The notes beneath the pieces are model-generated. The model saw only the letters and a program-made list of their open reading frames with translations, ran no database searches and had not been told where the DNA came from. Source: an uncultured Clostridia bacterium (GTDB taxonomy: Bacteria; Bacillota; Clostridia; Oscillospirales; Acutalibacteraceae). Taken from it: DNA of 64,000 nucleotides. A program made the translations under genes and the position numbers. The first letter of the stretch is position 1. Every line of letters starts with the position of its first letter. The stretch lies in assembly GCA_947631705.1 (NCBI GenBank), contig CANRMJ010000003.1, positions 6,566 through 70,565 on the forward strand. The letters run 5' to 3'. Below, in pieces: positions 18,429-26,613 of the stretch.

Positions 18429-20042
18429 ATGAAAAGATATGCAAATATAACTCCTGACGGAAGCAGAGATTTTTTGTTTGCGGAATGTGACGACAGAAAA
18501 CTTGTTGAGGCAACGCTCTCTGCCCTTTATAAAGAAAATTCATACCGTGAGGTTATAACTCCGGCAATAGAGTTTTTTGATGTTTTCAACTGCGGCAACA
18601 CCGGCATTGAAACCGACGAAATGTATAAGCTGACTGATAATTACGGAAGAACAACGGTGCTGCGTCCCGCTAACACTATGCCGATAGCGCGTCCTGTTGC
18701 AACAAGGCTCAGAGACGGCAAATTTCCTGTAAGACTTTTTTACAATCAAAATGTTTTTATAAGGAGCAAGCAGCTTTCGGGCAGAGCCGATGAAATTCCC
18801 CAAAGCGGAATAGAGCTTATTGGAGACGGTTCGCTTGACGCTGATACAGAGGTTATATCAATGGCTGTTCAGGCTTTGAAACGCTCTAATCTCAATTCGT
18901 TTAAACTTGAAATAGGTCATGCGGGATTCTTTAATTCAATACTAAATAAAATGAATCTTACACAAACCGAACGCGCCGATATCTGCAATTACATAGAGGG
19001 AAAAAATTATGCGGCGCTCGGTGATCTTCTTGATAAAATGAAAAAAAGTCCCGAAACCGCCGTGCTGCACAAATTGCCGCGCCTTTTCGGCGGTATTGAG
19101 GTGCTTGACGAGGCTAAAAAGCTCTACGGAGGAGCAGAATCGGAACAGGCGCTCGACTATATTAAAACGCTTTATGAAAAACTTGAAACCATGGGCATTG
19201 CAGACAGCGTTATGATAGACCTCGGTCTTGTTAACCGATCAAATTATTACACAGGCGTTATTTTCAGAGGATATGCCGAGGGTTCGGGGGTAACAATTCT
19301 TACGGGAGGAAGATACGATAATCTTCTTGCCGAGTTTGGAATGGACGCGCCCGCTGTCGGCTTTGCCGTTGACGTAAACGCTCTTTGCGAAGTTAAAAAT
19401 GAAACGGTTAATGTTGAAAGACCAATAAGAATAGCTCTTACGAAGGGCAGACTTGAAAAATGCTCTGTCAGGCTTTTTAAAACAATGGGTCTTGATACAA
19501 GTGAACTCGAAAAAAAAGGCAGGCGGCTGATTCTTCCTGTAGACAAATATGAGGCTGTGCTCTCTAAAGCACCTGATGTTATAACTTATGTTGAACACGG
19601 AGTGTGCGATATAGGTGTTGTCGGAAAAGATACGATTGTTGAGCACGGCAGTTCGTTCTACGAGGTTATGGATTTGAACATCGGAAAATGCAAGTTTGTT
19701 CTTGCATGCCCGAAAGGCGTTGATTTTTACAGCGGCTACAGAAGAAAAACAATTGCAACGAAATATCCGCGTGTTGCAGGCGAATTTTTCAAATCAAAGG
19801 GTATGGATGTAGACATAATAAAAATTGAGGGCAGCGTTGAGCTTGCGCCGCTTTTGGGTCTTGCGGACGGCATAGTAGACATAGTGGAAACAGGCTCAAC
19901 CTTAAAAGAAAACGGTCTGGTGGCGATTGAGGAGATTATTCCGATTTCCGCGAGAGTTATAGTTAATATGGCGTCTATGAAGCTCAGAAAGGAAGAAATA
20001 GAAGAATTTCTTGCCGATATGGAGCTTGCAAGCCATGTGTGA
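18429..20042 (+). CDS. hisZG: Fused ATP phosphoribosyltransferase regulatory subunit (HisZ, N-terminal ~320 aa) and short-form catalytic subunit (HisG, C-terminal ~205 aa)
   Basis: The N-terminal part is HisRS-like (REVITPAIEFFDVF, YYTGVIFRGY, GGRYDNL). From about nt 19422 the sequence is HisG-short (IRIALTKGRL, DIGVVGKD, ELAPLLGLADGIVDIVETGSTLKENGL). It is a single uninterrupted frame. The start may be the ATG at 18429 or the GTG at 18420. Confidence 0.85.
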   Translation: MKRYANITPDGSRDFLFAECDDRKLVEATLSALYKENSYREVITPAIEFFDVFNCGNTGIETDEMYKLTDNYGRTTVLRPANTMPIARPVATRLRDGKFPVRLFYNQNVFIRSKQLSGRADEIPQSGIELIGDGSLDADTEVISMAVQALKRSNLNSFKLEIGHAGFFNSILNKMNLTQTERADICNYIEGKNYAALGDLLDKMKKSPETAVLHKLPRLFGGIEVLDEAKKLYGGAESEQALDYIKTLYEKLETMGIADSVMIDLGLVNRSNYYTGVIFRGYAEGSGVTILTGGRYDNLLAEFGMDAPAVGFAVDVNALCEVKNETVNVERPIRIALTKGRLEKCSVRLFKTMGLDTSELEKKGRRLILPVDKYEAVLSKAPDVITYVEHGVCDIGVVGKDTIVEHGSSFYEVMDLNIGKCKFVLACPKGVDFYSGYRRKTIATKYPRVAGEFFKSKGMDVDIIKIEGSVELAPLLGLADGIVDIVETGSTLKENGLVAIEEIIPISARVIVNMASMKLRKEEIEEFLADMELASHV

Positions 20043-20050
20043 GGTAATAT

Positions 20051-21337
20051 ATGAAGATAACTAAGGCAAACGGAAAAAACGAATACGCGCTTATTAATGA
20101 ACTGAAAAAGCGCAGCGGAGAAACAGACAGGAAAATTGTTGACATTGTTTCCTCGATAATTCAGGGCGTTAAAGACGGCGGCGATGAGTCTGTTCGCGAG
20201 TACACCGTAAGATTTGACGGCTCGGCTCCTAAAAAAAATGTTATTGAAAAGGAGGAGCTTTCTGAATATTTTGAATCTGCTGATCCTGATTTTAAAAAAG
20301 CGATAACAGACGCTAAAAACAATATATATGATTTTCATTTGCGCCAAGCTCAGCAAAGCTGGATGACAACAAAGGAAAACGGAGTGATTATGGGTCAGCG
20401 CGTGCGCGGCTTGCACCGTGTGGGAATATATGTTCCCGGTGGCACGGCGGCATATCCCAGCTCTGTTTTAATGAATTCAGTTCCCGCAAAAATAGCCGGC
20501 GTTAAGGAAATAGTTATGGTAACGCCGCCCGGAAAGGACGGCAGCCCCAATCCCTATATTATGGCGGCAGCGGCAGTTGCGGGAGTTGACAGAGTGTTTC
20601 TCTGCGGAGGAGCGCAGGCAGTTGCGGCGCTTGCTTACGGCACCCAAACAATACCGAAGGTTGATAAAATAGTGGGTCCCGGCAATATTTTTGTTGCCAC
20701 GGCAAAGAAACTTCTTTACGGAGTTGTTGACATAGATATGGTTGCCGGTCCGTCTGAAATTCTGATAATTGCCGATAAAAGCGCAAAGCCCGCTTTTCTT
20801 GCCGCGGATTTAATGAGTCAGGCGGAGCATGATAAAATGGCATCTTCCGTTTTGCTCACAACATCAGAGACTGTTGCACGTGCAACAGTGAGGGAAATAG
20901 AAAGGCAGATAAAATATCTTGAAAGGCGGGATATCATTGAGCAGTCACTCAATGATTTCGGCGAAATTATTATATGCGACACGCTTTCGCAGGCGATAGA
21001 TTTTGCGAACGAGCTTGCGCCCGAGCATCTTGAGCTTTGTGTTGAAGAACCTTTAAAATATATTGGACTTATTGATAACGCAGGCTCCGTATTTCTCGGC
21101 AGCTGGTCGCCGGAGCCGCTCGGAGATTATTTTGCGGGACCAAATCATGTGCTGCCGACAAGCGGCACGGCAAGATTTTTCAGTCCGCTTTCTGTGGACA
21201 GCTTTATTAAAAAATCCTCATTTATTTACTACACGCGCGAGGAACTTGCCGAGGCAAAGGACGAGATTGTTACGCTTGCCGATACCGAGGGACTTACCGC
21301 GCACGCGAATTCAATTAAGGTAAGATTTGAGAAATGA
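20051..21337 (+). CDS. hisD: Histidinol dehydrogenase
   Basis: 428 aa with the motifs GGAQA.AA.AYGT, GPGN.FV and SQAEHD. Confidence 0.95.
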   Translation: MKITKANGKNEYALINELKKRSGETDRKIVDIVSSIIQGVKDGGDESVREYTVRFDGSAPKKNVIEKEELSEYFESADPDFKKAITDAKNNIYDFHLRQAQQSWMTTKENGVIMGQRVRGLHRVGIYVPGGTAAYPSSVLMNSVPAKIAGVKEIVMVTPPGKDGSPNPYIMAAAAVAGVDRVFLCGGAQAVAALAYGTQTIPKVDKIVGPGNIFVATAKKLLYGVVDIDMVAGPSEILIIADKSAKPAFLAADLMSQAEHDKMASSVLLTTSETVARATVREIERQIKYLERRDIIEQSLNDFGEIIICDTLSQAIDFANELAPEHLELCVEEPLKYIGLIDNAGSVFLGSWSPEPLGDYFAGPNHVLPTSGTARFFSPLSVDSFIKKSSFIYYTREELAEAKDEIVTLADTEGLTAHANSIKVRFEK

Positions 21338-22233
21338 AACTTAAAAAGTCTATAATTTCAGCGGCAGCGGCGATAGCCCTTGCAATTATTGCGGCGGTGA
21401 GTTATTTTAATTTCGGAATGCCCGCAAGCACTTCGCTTGAAAACAAAAATTTGCAAACAGAGGGAACGATTGTTGTGAATTTTTTGGATGTGGGTCAGGG
21501 TGACAGCGAATTTATTCAACTTCCAAACGGAAAATGTATGCTTATTGACGCGGGAACTGCTGATTATGCCGAAACCGTTTACGATGAAATATCTTCTTTG
21601 GGATACGAAAAAATTGATTACCTTGTTGCAACTCACCCGCACGCCGACCATATCGGCGGTATGACCGAAATAGTGAACGGCTTTGATATAGGTGAAATAT
21701 ATATGCCGAAAGTGCAAACAGATACGCGCACTTTTGAAAATTTACTTCAGTCTGTGTCCGATAAAGGGCTTTCAATAAAAACGGCGTCTGCCGATACTGT
21801 TATTTATAACGGCGATAATCTTTCAATAGATTTGCTCGCGCCTGTCGGCACGGGTTACGATGATCTTAATAATTATTCGGCGGTTGTAAGGCTTGAATAC
21901 GGCGGCAATGTTTTTCTGTTTATGGGTGACGCCGAGGAGACGGCGGAGCAAGAGCTGTTAAATAAATATTCAAACGAACAGCTTGAGTCCGACGTTATTA
22001 AGGTTGGTCATCACGGCAGCAGCACCTCATCATGCGAAAATTTTGTCCGCACCGTTAAACCCGATTACGCAGTTATAGAGGTTGGCGAGGGCAATTCATA
22101 CGGTCATCCTCATTCCCAATCTCTTGAACGCTGGAAAAATATCGGCGCAGAAATTTTGAGAACCGATATTAACGGAAATATTTCCGTGGTTTCGGACGGA
22201 CACGATTTAACATTTATCTGTGAAAGGGACTGA
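21334..22233 (+). CDS. Membrane-anchored/exported MBL-fold hydrolase of the ComEC/Rec2 C-terminal-domain type
   Basis: N-terminal hydrophobic anchor (SIISAAAAIALAIIAAVSYF), followed by VNFLDVGQGDS, LVATHPHADHIGG, GDAE and VGHHGS. The start overlaps the hisD stop (ATGA). Confidence 0.8.
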   Translation: MKLKKSIISAAAAIALAIIAAVSYFNFGMPASTSLENKNLQTEGTIVVNFLDVGQGDSEFIQLPNGKCMLIDAGTADYAETVYDEISSLGYEKIDYLVATHPHADHIGGMTEIVNGFDIGEIYMPKVQTDTRTFENLLQSVSDKGLSIKTASADTVIYNGDNLSIDLLAPVGTGYDDLNNYSAVVRLEYGGNVFLFMGDAEETAEQELLNKYSNEQLESDVIKVGHHGSSTSSCENFVRTVKPDYAVIEVGEGNSYGHPHSQSLERWKNIGAEILRTDINGNISVVSDGHDLTFICERD

Positions 22234-22239
22234 CGGTAT

Positions 22240-22443
22240 ATGAGAATTTTTATTATAGACAGATTTGAGGATTGCTTTGCGGTGTGTGAGGCGGAAAACG
22301 GCAAATTCATAAATATTCCGTCTTCCGCTCTTCCGAACGGTGTAAAAGAGGGAGATGTTATCACGATAGCAAAAGACAGTGAGCAGACTGAAAGCAGAAA
22401 AGAGAAAATAAACGGTTTGATGAACAGTCTTTTTGTTGATTAG
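22240..22443 (+). CDS. DUF3006-like small protein
   Basis: The 67-aa sequence MRIFIIDRFEDCFAVCEAENGKFINIPSSALPNGVKEGDVI matches my memory of the DUF3006 pattern, which usually accompanies ComEC-type MBL genes. It starts 6 nt after the MBL stop. Confidence 0.65.
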   Translation: MRIFIIDRFEDCFAVCEAENGKFINIPSSALPNGVKEGDVITIAKDSEQTESRKEKINGLMNSLFVD

Positions 22444-22464
22444 TTCCGATACAGGCAAATAACA

Positions 22465-22496
22465 TCGAAATACTTTTTATATTTCGAGTATTTTTA
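22465..22496 (+). terminator. Weak AT-rich terminator-like hairpin after the DUF3006 gene
   Basis: TCGAAATA-cttttta-TATTTCGA followed by GTATTTTTA. Confidence 0.4.
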
Positions 22497-22500
22497 AACA

Positions 22501-22548
22501 TAAGCAACAGGGAGTTGAACACAATAGGTTCGGCTCTTCGTTGCTTAA
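22501..22548 (+). repeat. Intergenic hairpin repeat family B, copy 2
   Basis: TAAGCAACAGGGAGTTGAAC-ACAATAG-GTTCGGCTCTTCGTTGCTTA forms a ~20-bp stem with one mismatch and several G-U pairs. The loop and 3' arm are shared with 4747-4798. Confidence 0.7.
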
Positions 22549-22614
22549 CAAGGCAAAACGAAAATTTTATACCTCATTTAGTTTTGGTTTGATTTTCTTT
22601 AAGGAGCAGAATTT

Positions 22615-23190
22615 ATGAGAACGGCATCAATTGAAAGAAACACGAAAGAAACGCAGATAAAAATCGAACTCTGCCTGAACGGCGGAGATGTTGAAATCTC
22701 TACGGGCATAGGCTTTTTTGACCATATGCTTACCGCCCTCGGCGTTCACGGCGGATTTGGTCTTAAAGTGTCGGTCAACGGCGATTTGCAGGTTGATACT
22801 CACCACACGGTTGAGGACACGGGAATTGCTCTCGGTATGGCTTTGAGGCAGGCGCTCGGCGATATGAGCGGAATTAAGCGCTACGGTTCTTTTTACATTC
22901 CTATGGATGAGAGCCTTGCGCTGTGCTCACTCGATATATCAAACAGACCGTTCCTTGTTTTTAAAGCCGATTTTAAAGAGGAGCGATGCGGTGATTACGA
23001 AACGTGCTGCACCGAAGAATTTTTCCGCGCACTTGCGATGAATTCCGGAATAACTCTCCATATAAACGTGCTTTACGGCTCTAATTCCCATCACGAAACA
23101 GAGGCGATTTTTAAAGCGTTTGCCCACGCGCTGAAAGAGGCTGTTGCCGAAAGCGGAGGCGATATTCTTTCAACCAAAGGCGTTTTATGA
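22615..23190 (+). CDS. hisB: Imidazoleglycerol-phosphate dehydratase (monofunctional)
   Basis: Motifs RNTKET.I, GIGFFDHML, D.HHT.ED.GI.LG and NSHH..EA.FKA. At 191 aa there is no phosphatase domain. Confidence 0.95.
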   Translation: MRTASIERNTKETQIKIELCLNGGDVEISTGIGFFDHMLTALGVHGGFGLKVSVNGDLQVDTHHTVEDTGIALGMALRQALGDMSGIKRYGSFYIPMDESLALCSLDISNRPFLVFKADFKEERCGDYETCCTEEFFRALAMNSGITLHINVLYGSNSHHETEAIFKAFAHALKEAVAESGGDILSTKGVL

Positions 23191-23229
23191 ATTTATCAAA
23201 ATGATATTTTGAAACGGAGTTTTACTTAA

Positions 23230-23943
23230 ATGATTATTTTTCCGGCAATAGATATAATAGGCGGAAAGCCTGTGCGGCTTTATAAAGGTGATTTTTCAAC
23301 TGTAAAACAGGTGGCGTCTGACGCGCTTGAAACAGCCGAAGGCTTTGTCAAGGCGGGCGCCGAATGGGTACATATGGTTGATTTGGACGGTTCTGTTCAA
23401 AAAAAGAGAGTAAACAGTGAAATTTTTATTTCGGTTGCCTCTAAAACAGGACTTAAAGTGGAGCTTGGCGGCGGTATACGCACCATGGAAGACATATCTT
23501 TTTATGCCGAAAACGGTATAAGCCGCGTTATTCTTGGCTCCGCCGCGCTCAAAAATCCGGCGCTTGTAAAAGAGGCGGTGCGTGAATTCGGCGATTTTAT
23601 TGCTGTTGGGATAGATGCTAAAGACGGGTATGCGGCGTCTGAGGGCTGGACTGAAAGCTCCGATATTTATTTTACGGATCTTGCAAAGAGAATGGAGCAG
23701 GCGGGAGTAAAAACTATTATTTTTACCGATATATCAAAGGACGGAACGTTGAGCGGTCCGAATCTTGAACAGCTTGCCGAAATAAACAGCGCTGTTTCCT
23801 GCAATATAACCGCGTCCGGCGGAATCACCGATTTGGGTGATATTCTCGCATTGCGCGGAGAAAATCTTTACGGCGCAATCTGCGGAAAAAGTATTTACAA
23901 CGGCTCTCTCATGTTGAGAGACGCCATAGAGGTATGCAAATGA
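23230..23943 (+). CDS. hisA: ProFAR isomerase
   Basis: Motifs [19 protein letters not shown] and TDI..DGTL.G. Confidence 0.9.
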   Translation: MIIFPAIDIIGGKPVRLYKGDFSTVKQVASDALETAEGFVKAGAEWVHMVDLDGSVQKKRVNSEIFISVASKTGLKVELGGGIRTMEDISFYAENGISRVILGSAALKNPALVKEAVREFGDFIAVGIDAKDGYAASEGWTESSDIYFTDLAKRMEQAGVKTIIFTDISKDGTLSGPNLEQLAEINSAVSCNITASGGITDLGDILALRGENLYGAICGKSIYNGSLMLRDAIEVCK

Positions 23944-24266
23944 TTGATATTGAAAAATATTTTAAAAAATCCGATTTGATTCCGGCAATTATACAGGAAG
24001 ATTCCACCGATGAAGTGCTGATGCTCGCATATATGAACAGAGAATCAATGAAAAAAACGCTTGAAACTGGCTATACATGGTTTTGGTCCCGCAGCAGAAA
24101 CGAGCTGTGGAACAAGGGCGCAACAAGCGGTCATCTTCAAAAAATAGTTTCAATCCGCGGCGACTGTGATAACGATACTCTGCTTATAAGAGTAATTCAG
24201 ACGGGCGCCGCCTGCCACACGGGAAATCACAGTTGCTTTTTTAATGAAATTAAAGGAGAATTCTGA
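23934..24266 (+). CDS. hisI: Phosphoribosyl-AMP cyclohydrolase
   Basis: Motifs LIPAIIQ, WSRSR..LW.KG.TSG and DCD.D.LL..V...G.ACHTG..SCF. Confidence 0.9.
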   Translation: MQMIDIEKYFKKSDLIPAIIQEDSTDEVLMLAYMNRESMKKTLETGYTWFWSRSRNELWNKGATSGHLQKIVSIRGDCDNDTLLIRVIQTGAACHTGNHSCFFNEIKGEF

Positions 24267-24589
24267 TGGATTTAATTAAAAATGAATATCAGGTTATTTT
24301 AGACAGGCGCAGCGAACACGCGGAGGGTTCATACACCTCTTATCTGTTTGAGCAGGGAATTGATAAAATATTAAAAAAAGTTGGCGAGGAATGCACGGAA
24401 ATGGTGATTGCCGCCAAGAATAACGATAAAAATGAAACAGTTTATGAAATTGCCGATTTGATTTATCATACTCTTGTTATGATGGCAAATCAGGGGATCA
24501 CACCCGAAGATATAGAGGGCGAACTGATGAAAAGAGCGGAAAAGCGTTCTAATCTGAAAAAATTTCATCAGGTGAACAAAAATTCATAA
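24266..24589 (+). CDS. hisE: Phosphoribosyl-ATP pyrophosphohydrolase
   Basis: 107 aa with SYT..L...G.DKI.KKVGEE..E..IA.KN and E.ADL.YH..V. Confidence 0.9.
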   Translation: MDLIKNEYQVILDRRSEHAEGSYTSYLFEQGIDKILKKVGEECTEMVIAAKNNDKNETVYEIADLIYHTLVMMANQGITPEDIEGELMKRAEKRSNLKKFHQVNKNS

Positions 24590-26613
24590 TGGCTTATAAA
24601 AAATGGATTATTGCAGATGCTGATAAAGAAAAAGCGTCTGAATTGAGTGAAAAATTCAATATTGATCCGTTTATAGCGTATCTGCTGGTGGCAAGAGGAA
24701 TAGAGAATGATTTGGAAGTTTCCGATTTCCTGTCGCCGTCGTATAATTTTTCCGACCCGTTTGATTTTGCCGATATGGACAAAGCCGTTGCACGCATTGA
24801 GCAGGCAATGGATTTCGGCGAAAAAATCACCGTTTACGGAGATTATGACTGCGACGGCGTTACCGCAACCGCACTTCTTGTTTCGCTTTTAAGAAATATG
24901 GGAGCGGATGTTGATTATTATATTCCGCTGCGCGAAACAGAGGGCTACGGCATGAATAAATCAGCGGTAAAACAGATACACGGTAACGGTACTAAACTTA
25001 TTATAACTGTTGACAACGGTGTTTCTGCCGTTGAAGAAGCCGAGTTGATTTATTCCCTCGGTATGGAGCTTATAATTACCGATCATCACCGCATAGGCGA
25101 AATCCTCCCGCGCGCGGAGGCGGTTATTAATCCTCACAGAGAGGAAAATAATATAAAATTCAAGGATTTTGCGGGAGTAGGCGTTGCGTTTAAGCTCGCC
25201 TGCGCTCTTTACGGCGATACAGACGATATACTTTTTCAGTTTGCTGATTTGGCGGCTATCGGAACGATTGCGGACGTTATGCCTCTTATCGGGGAAAACA
25301 GAGCTTTGGTTAAATACGGTTTGCAAATGATTAACTCGGATAGCAGACCCGGCACTTCGGCTCTTAAAAGCGTGTCGGGAGGCGATGAAAAGCCGCTGTC
25401 TTCAACAGACGTTTCCTTTATGTTCTGCCCCAGAATAAACGCGGCAGGGAGAATAGACAGCGCCTCTCGGGCAGTTGAAATGTTTCTTGCGGAGGATCGG
25501 GAAAACGCGTTATTCATAGCCGAACAGCTTGATTTGGACAACAGCCACAGGCAGGAAATTGAACAGAATATTTTTAATGATGTTTTACACAAGATAGCTT
25601 ATAATCCTCGTCTTATACAGGACCGGGTAATTGTTATAGACGGTGAGAAATATCACAACGGCGTTGTCGGCATAGTTGCCTCACGTGTTCTTGACGAATA
25701 CGGAAAGCCCGTAATAATTATAGGAACCGACGGCGGCAGGGCACGCGGTTCCGCAAGGAGCACCGAGGGATTTGATATTTTTGCGGCTGTTTCCTCATGC
25801 GCTGATTTGCTGAATAAATTCGGGGGTCATTCCGGCGCTGCGGGGATAGAGCTTTCCGAGGAAAACATTGATGAATTCAGAAGAAGGATCAATGAATACG
25901 CGGAGAGAAAATATTCTTTAATGCCGCCGCAGTCGCTGCATATAGACTGCAAGCTCTCTCCGTTTTATTTAAATCTTGATTTGGCAAACAGTCTCACTGT
26001 GCTTGAGCCTTACGGCGAAGCAAATCCAAAGGCGGTTTTTGCGCTTATCGGTCTTAATCTTGTTTCTGTTGCCGAAATGGGCGGAGGAAAACACATAAGG
26101 CTTGAGTGTGAGAAAAAAGGCAGAAAATTCAGAATTGTTAAATTCGGCTGCCGCGCGGAGGATTTTCCGTTTGCACCGGGTGATAAAATAGACGCGGCGG
26201 TGCGTGTTTCAAAAAATCCGTATAACGGCAGGGAATACCTTTCCGTTCAGGCTGTTGATATTAGACGGAGCGGTATCAATGAGGATAAATATTTTGAGCA
26301 AAAAGCGGATTACGAGCTTTTTACAGTAAATAAATCCGAAAACCCGTCTGTTTATCCTAACAGGGAAATATGTTCGGTGATATATAAATTTCTAAGGTCA
26401 AAAGGCGGCTGGCGCTTTGGCTTTGACGAGCTTTATTTTGCGCTCGGCTGCGTTACATACGGCGCATTGAAATTTGCGCTTGATGCATTTGAAGAAAGCG
26501 GACTTATTGTGTATAACAGCGGCACTATATCAATTTGCAGAGTTGATTTTAAGGTGGATTTAATGAACACACCCACTTTGAAAGCGCTGAAAGGAAGATT
26601 GAACATTGATTGA
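24589..26613 (+). CDS. recJ: Single-stranded-DNA-specific exonuclease RecJ
   Basis: DHH family motifs (YGDYDCDGVT, ITVDNG, ITDHH) and DHHA1 (GGHSGAAG). The start overlaps the hisE stop (TAATG). Confidence 0.9.
   Translation: MAYKKWIIADADKEKASELSEKFNIDPFIAYLLVARGIENDLEVSDFLSPSYNFSDPFDFADMDKAVARIEQAMDFGEKITVYGDYDCDGVTATALLVSLLRNMGADVDYYIPLRETEGYGMNKSAVKQIHGNGTKLIITVDNGVSAVEEAELIYSLGMELIITDHHRIGEILPRAEAVINPHREENNIKFKDFAGVGVAFKLACALYGDTDDILFQFADLAAIGTIADVMPLIGENRALVKYGLQMINSDSRPGTSALKSVSGGDEKPLSSTDVSFMFCPRINAAGRIDSASRAVEMFLAEDRENALFIAEQLDLDNSHRQEIEQNIFNDVLHKIAYNPRLIQDRVIVIDGEKYHNGVVGIVASRVLDEYGKPVIIIGTDGGRARGSARSTEGFDIFAAVSSCADLLNKFGGHSGAAGIELSEENIDEFRRRINEYAERKYSLMPPQSLHIDCKLSPFYLNLDLANSLTVLEPYGEANPKAVFALIGLNLVSVAEMGGGKHIRLECEKKGRKFRIVKFGCRAEDFPFAPGDKIDAAVRVSKNPYNGREYLSVQAVDIRRSGINEDKYFEQKADYELFTVNKSENPSVYPNREICSVIYKFLRSKGGWRFGFDELYFALGCVTYGALKFALDAFEESGLIVYNSGTISICRVDFKVDLMNTPTLKALKGRLNID

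Noticed and set aside
19736-20416. A 226-aa minus-strand ORF spans the hisZG/hisD junction. Similar large antisense ORFs lie at 37812-38480, 52776-53465 and 58862-59665.
   Set aside because: Each lies antisense to a confidently identified conserved gene (hisG/hisD, THUMP methyltransferase, glcK, dnaE). The translated sequences are low-complexity with no recognisable motifs, so I treat them as spurious.
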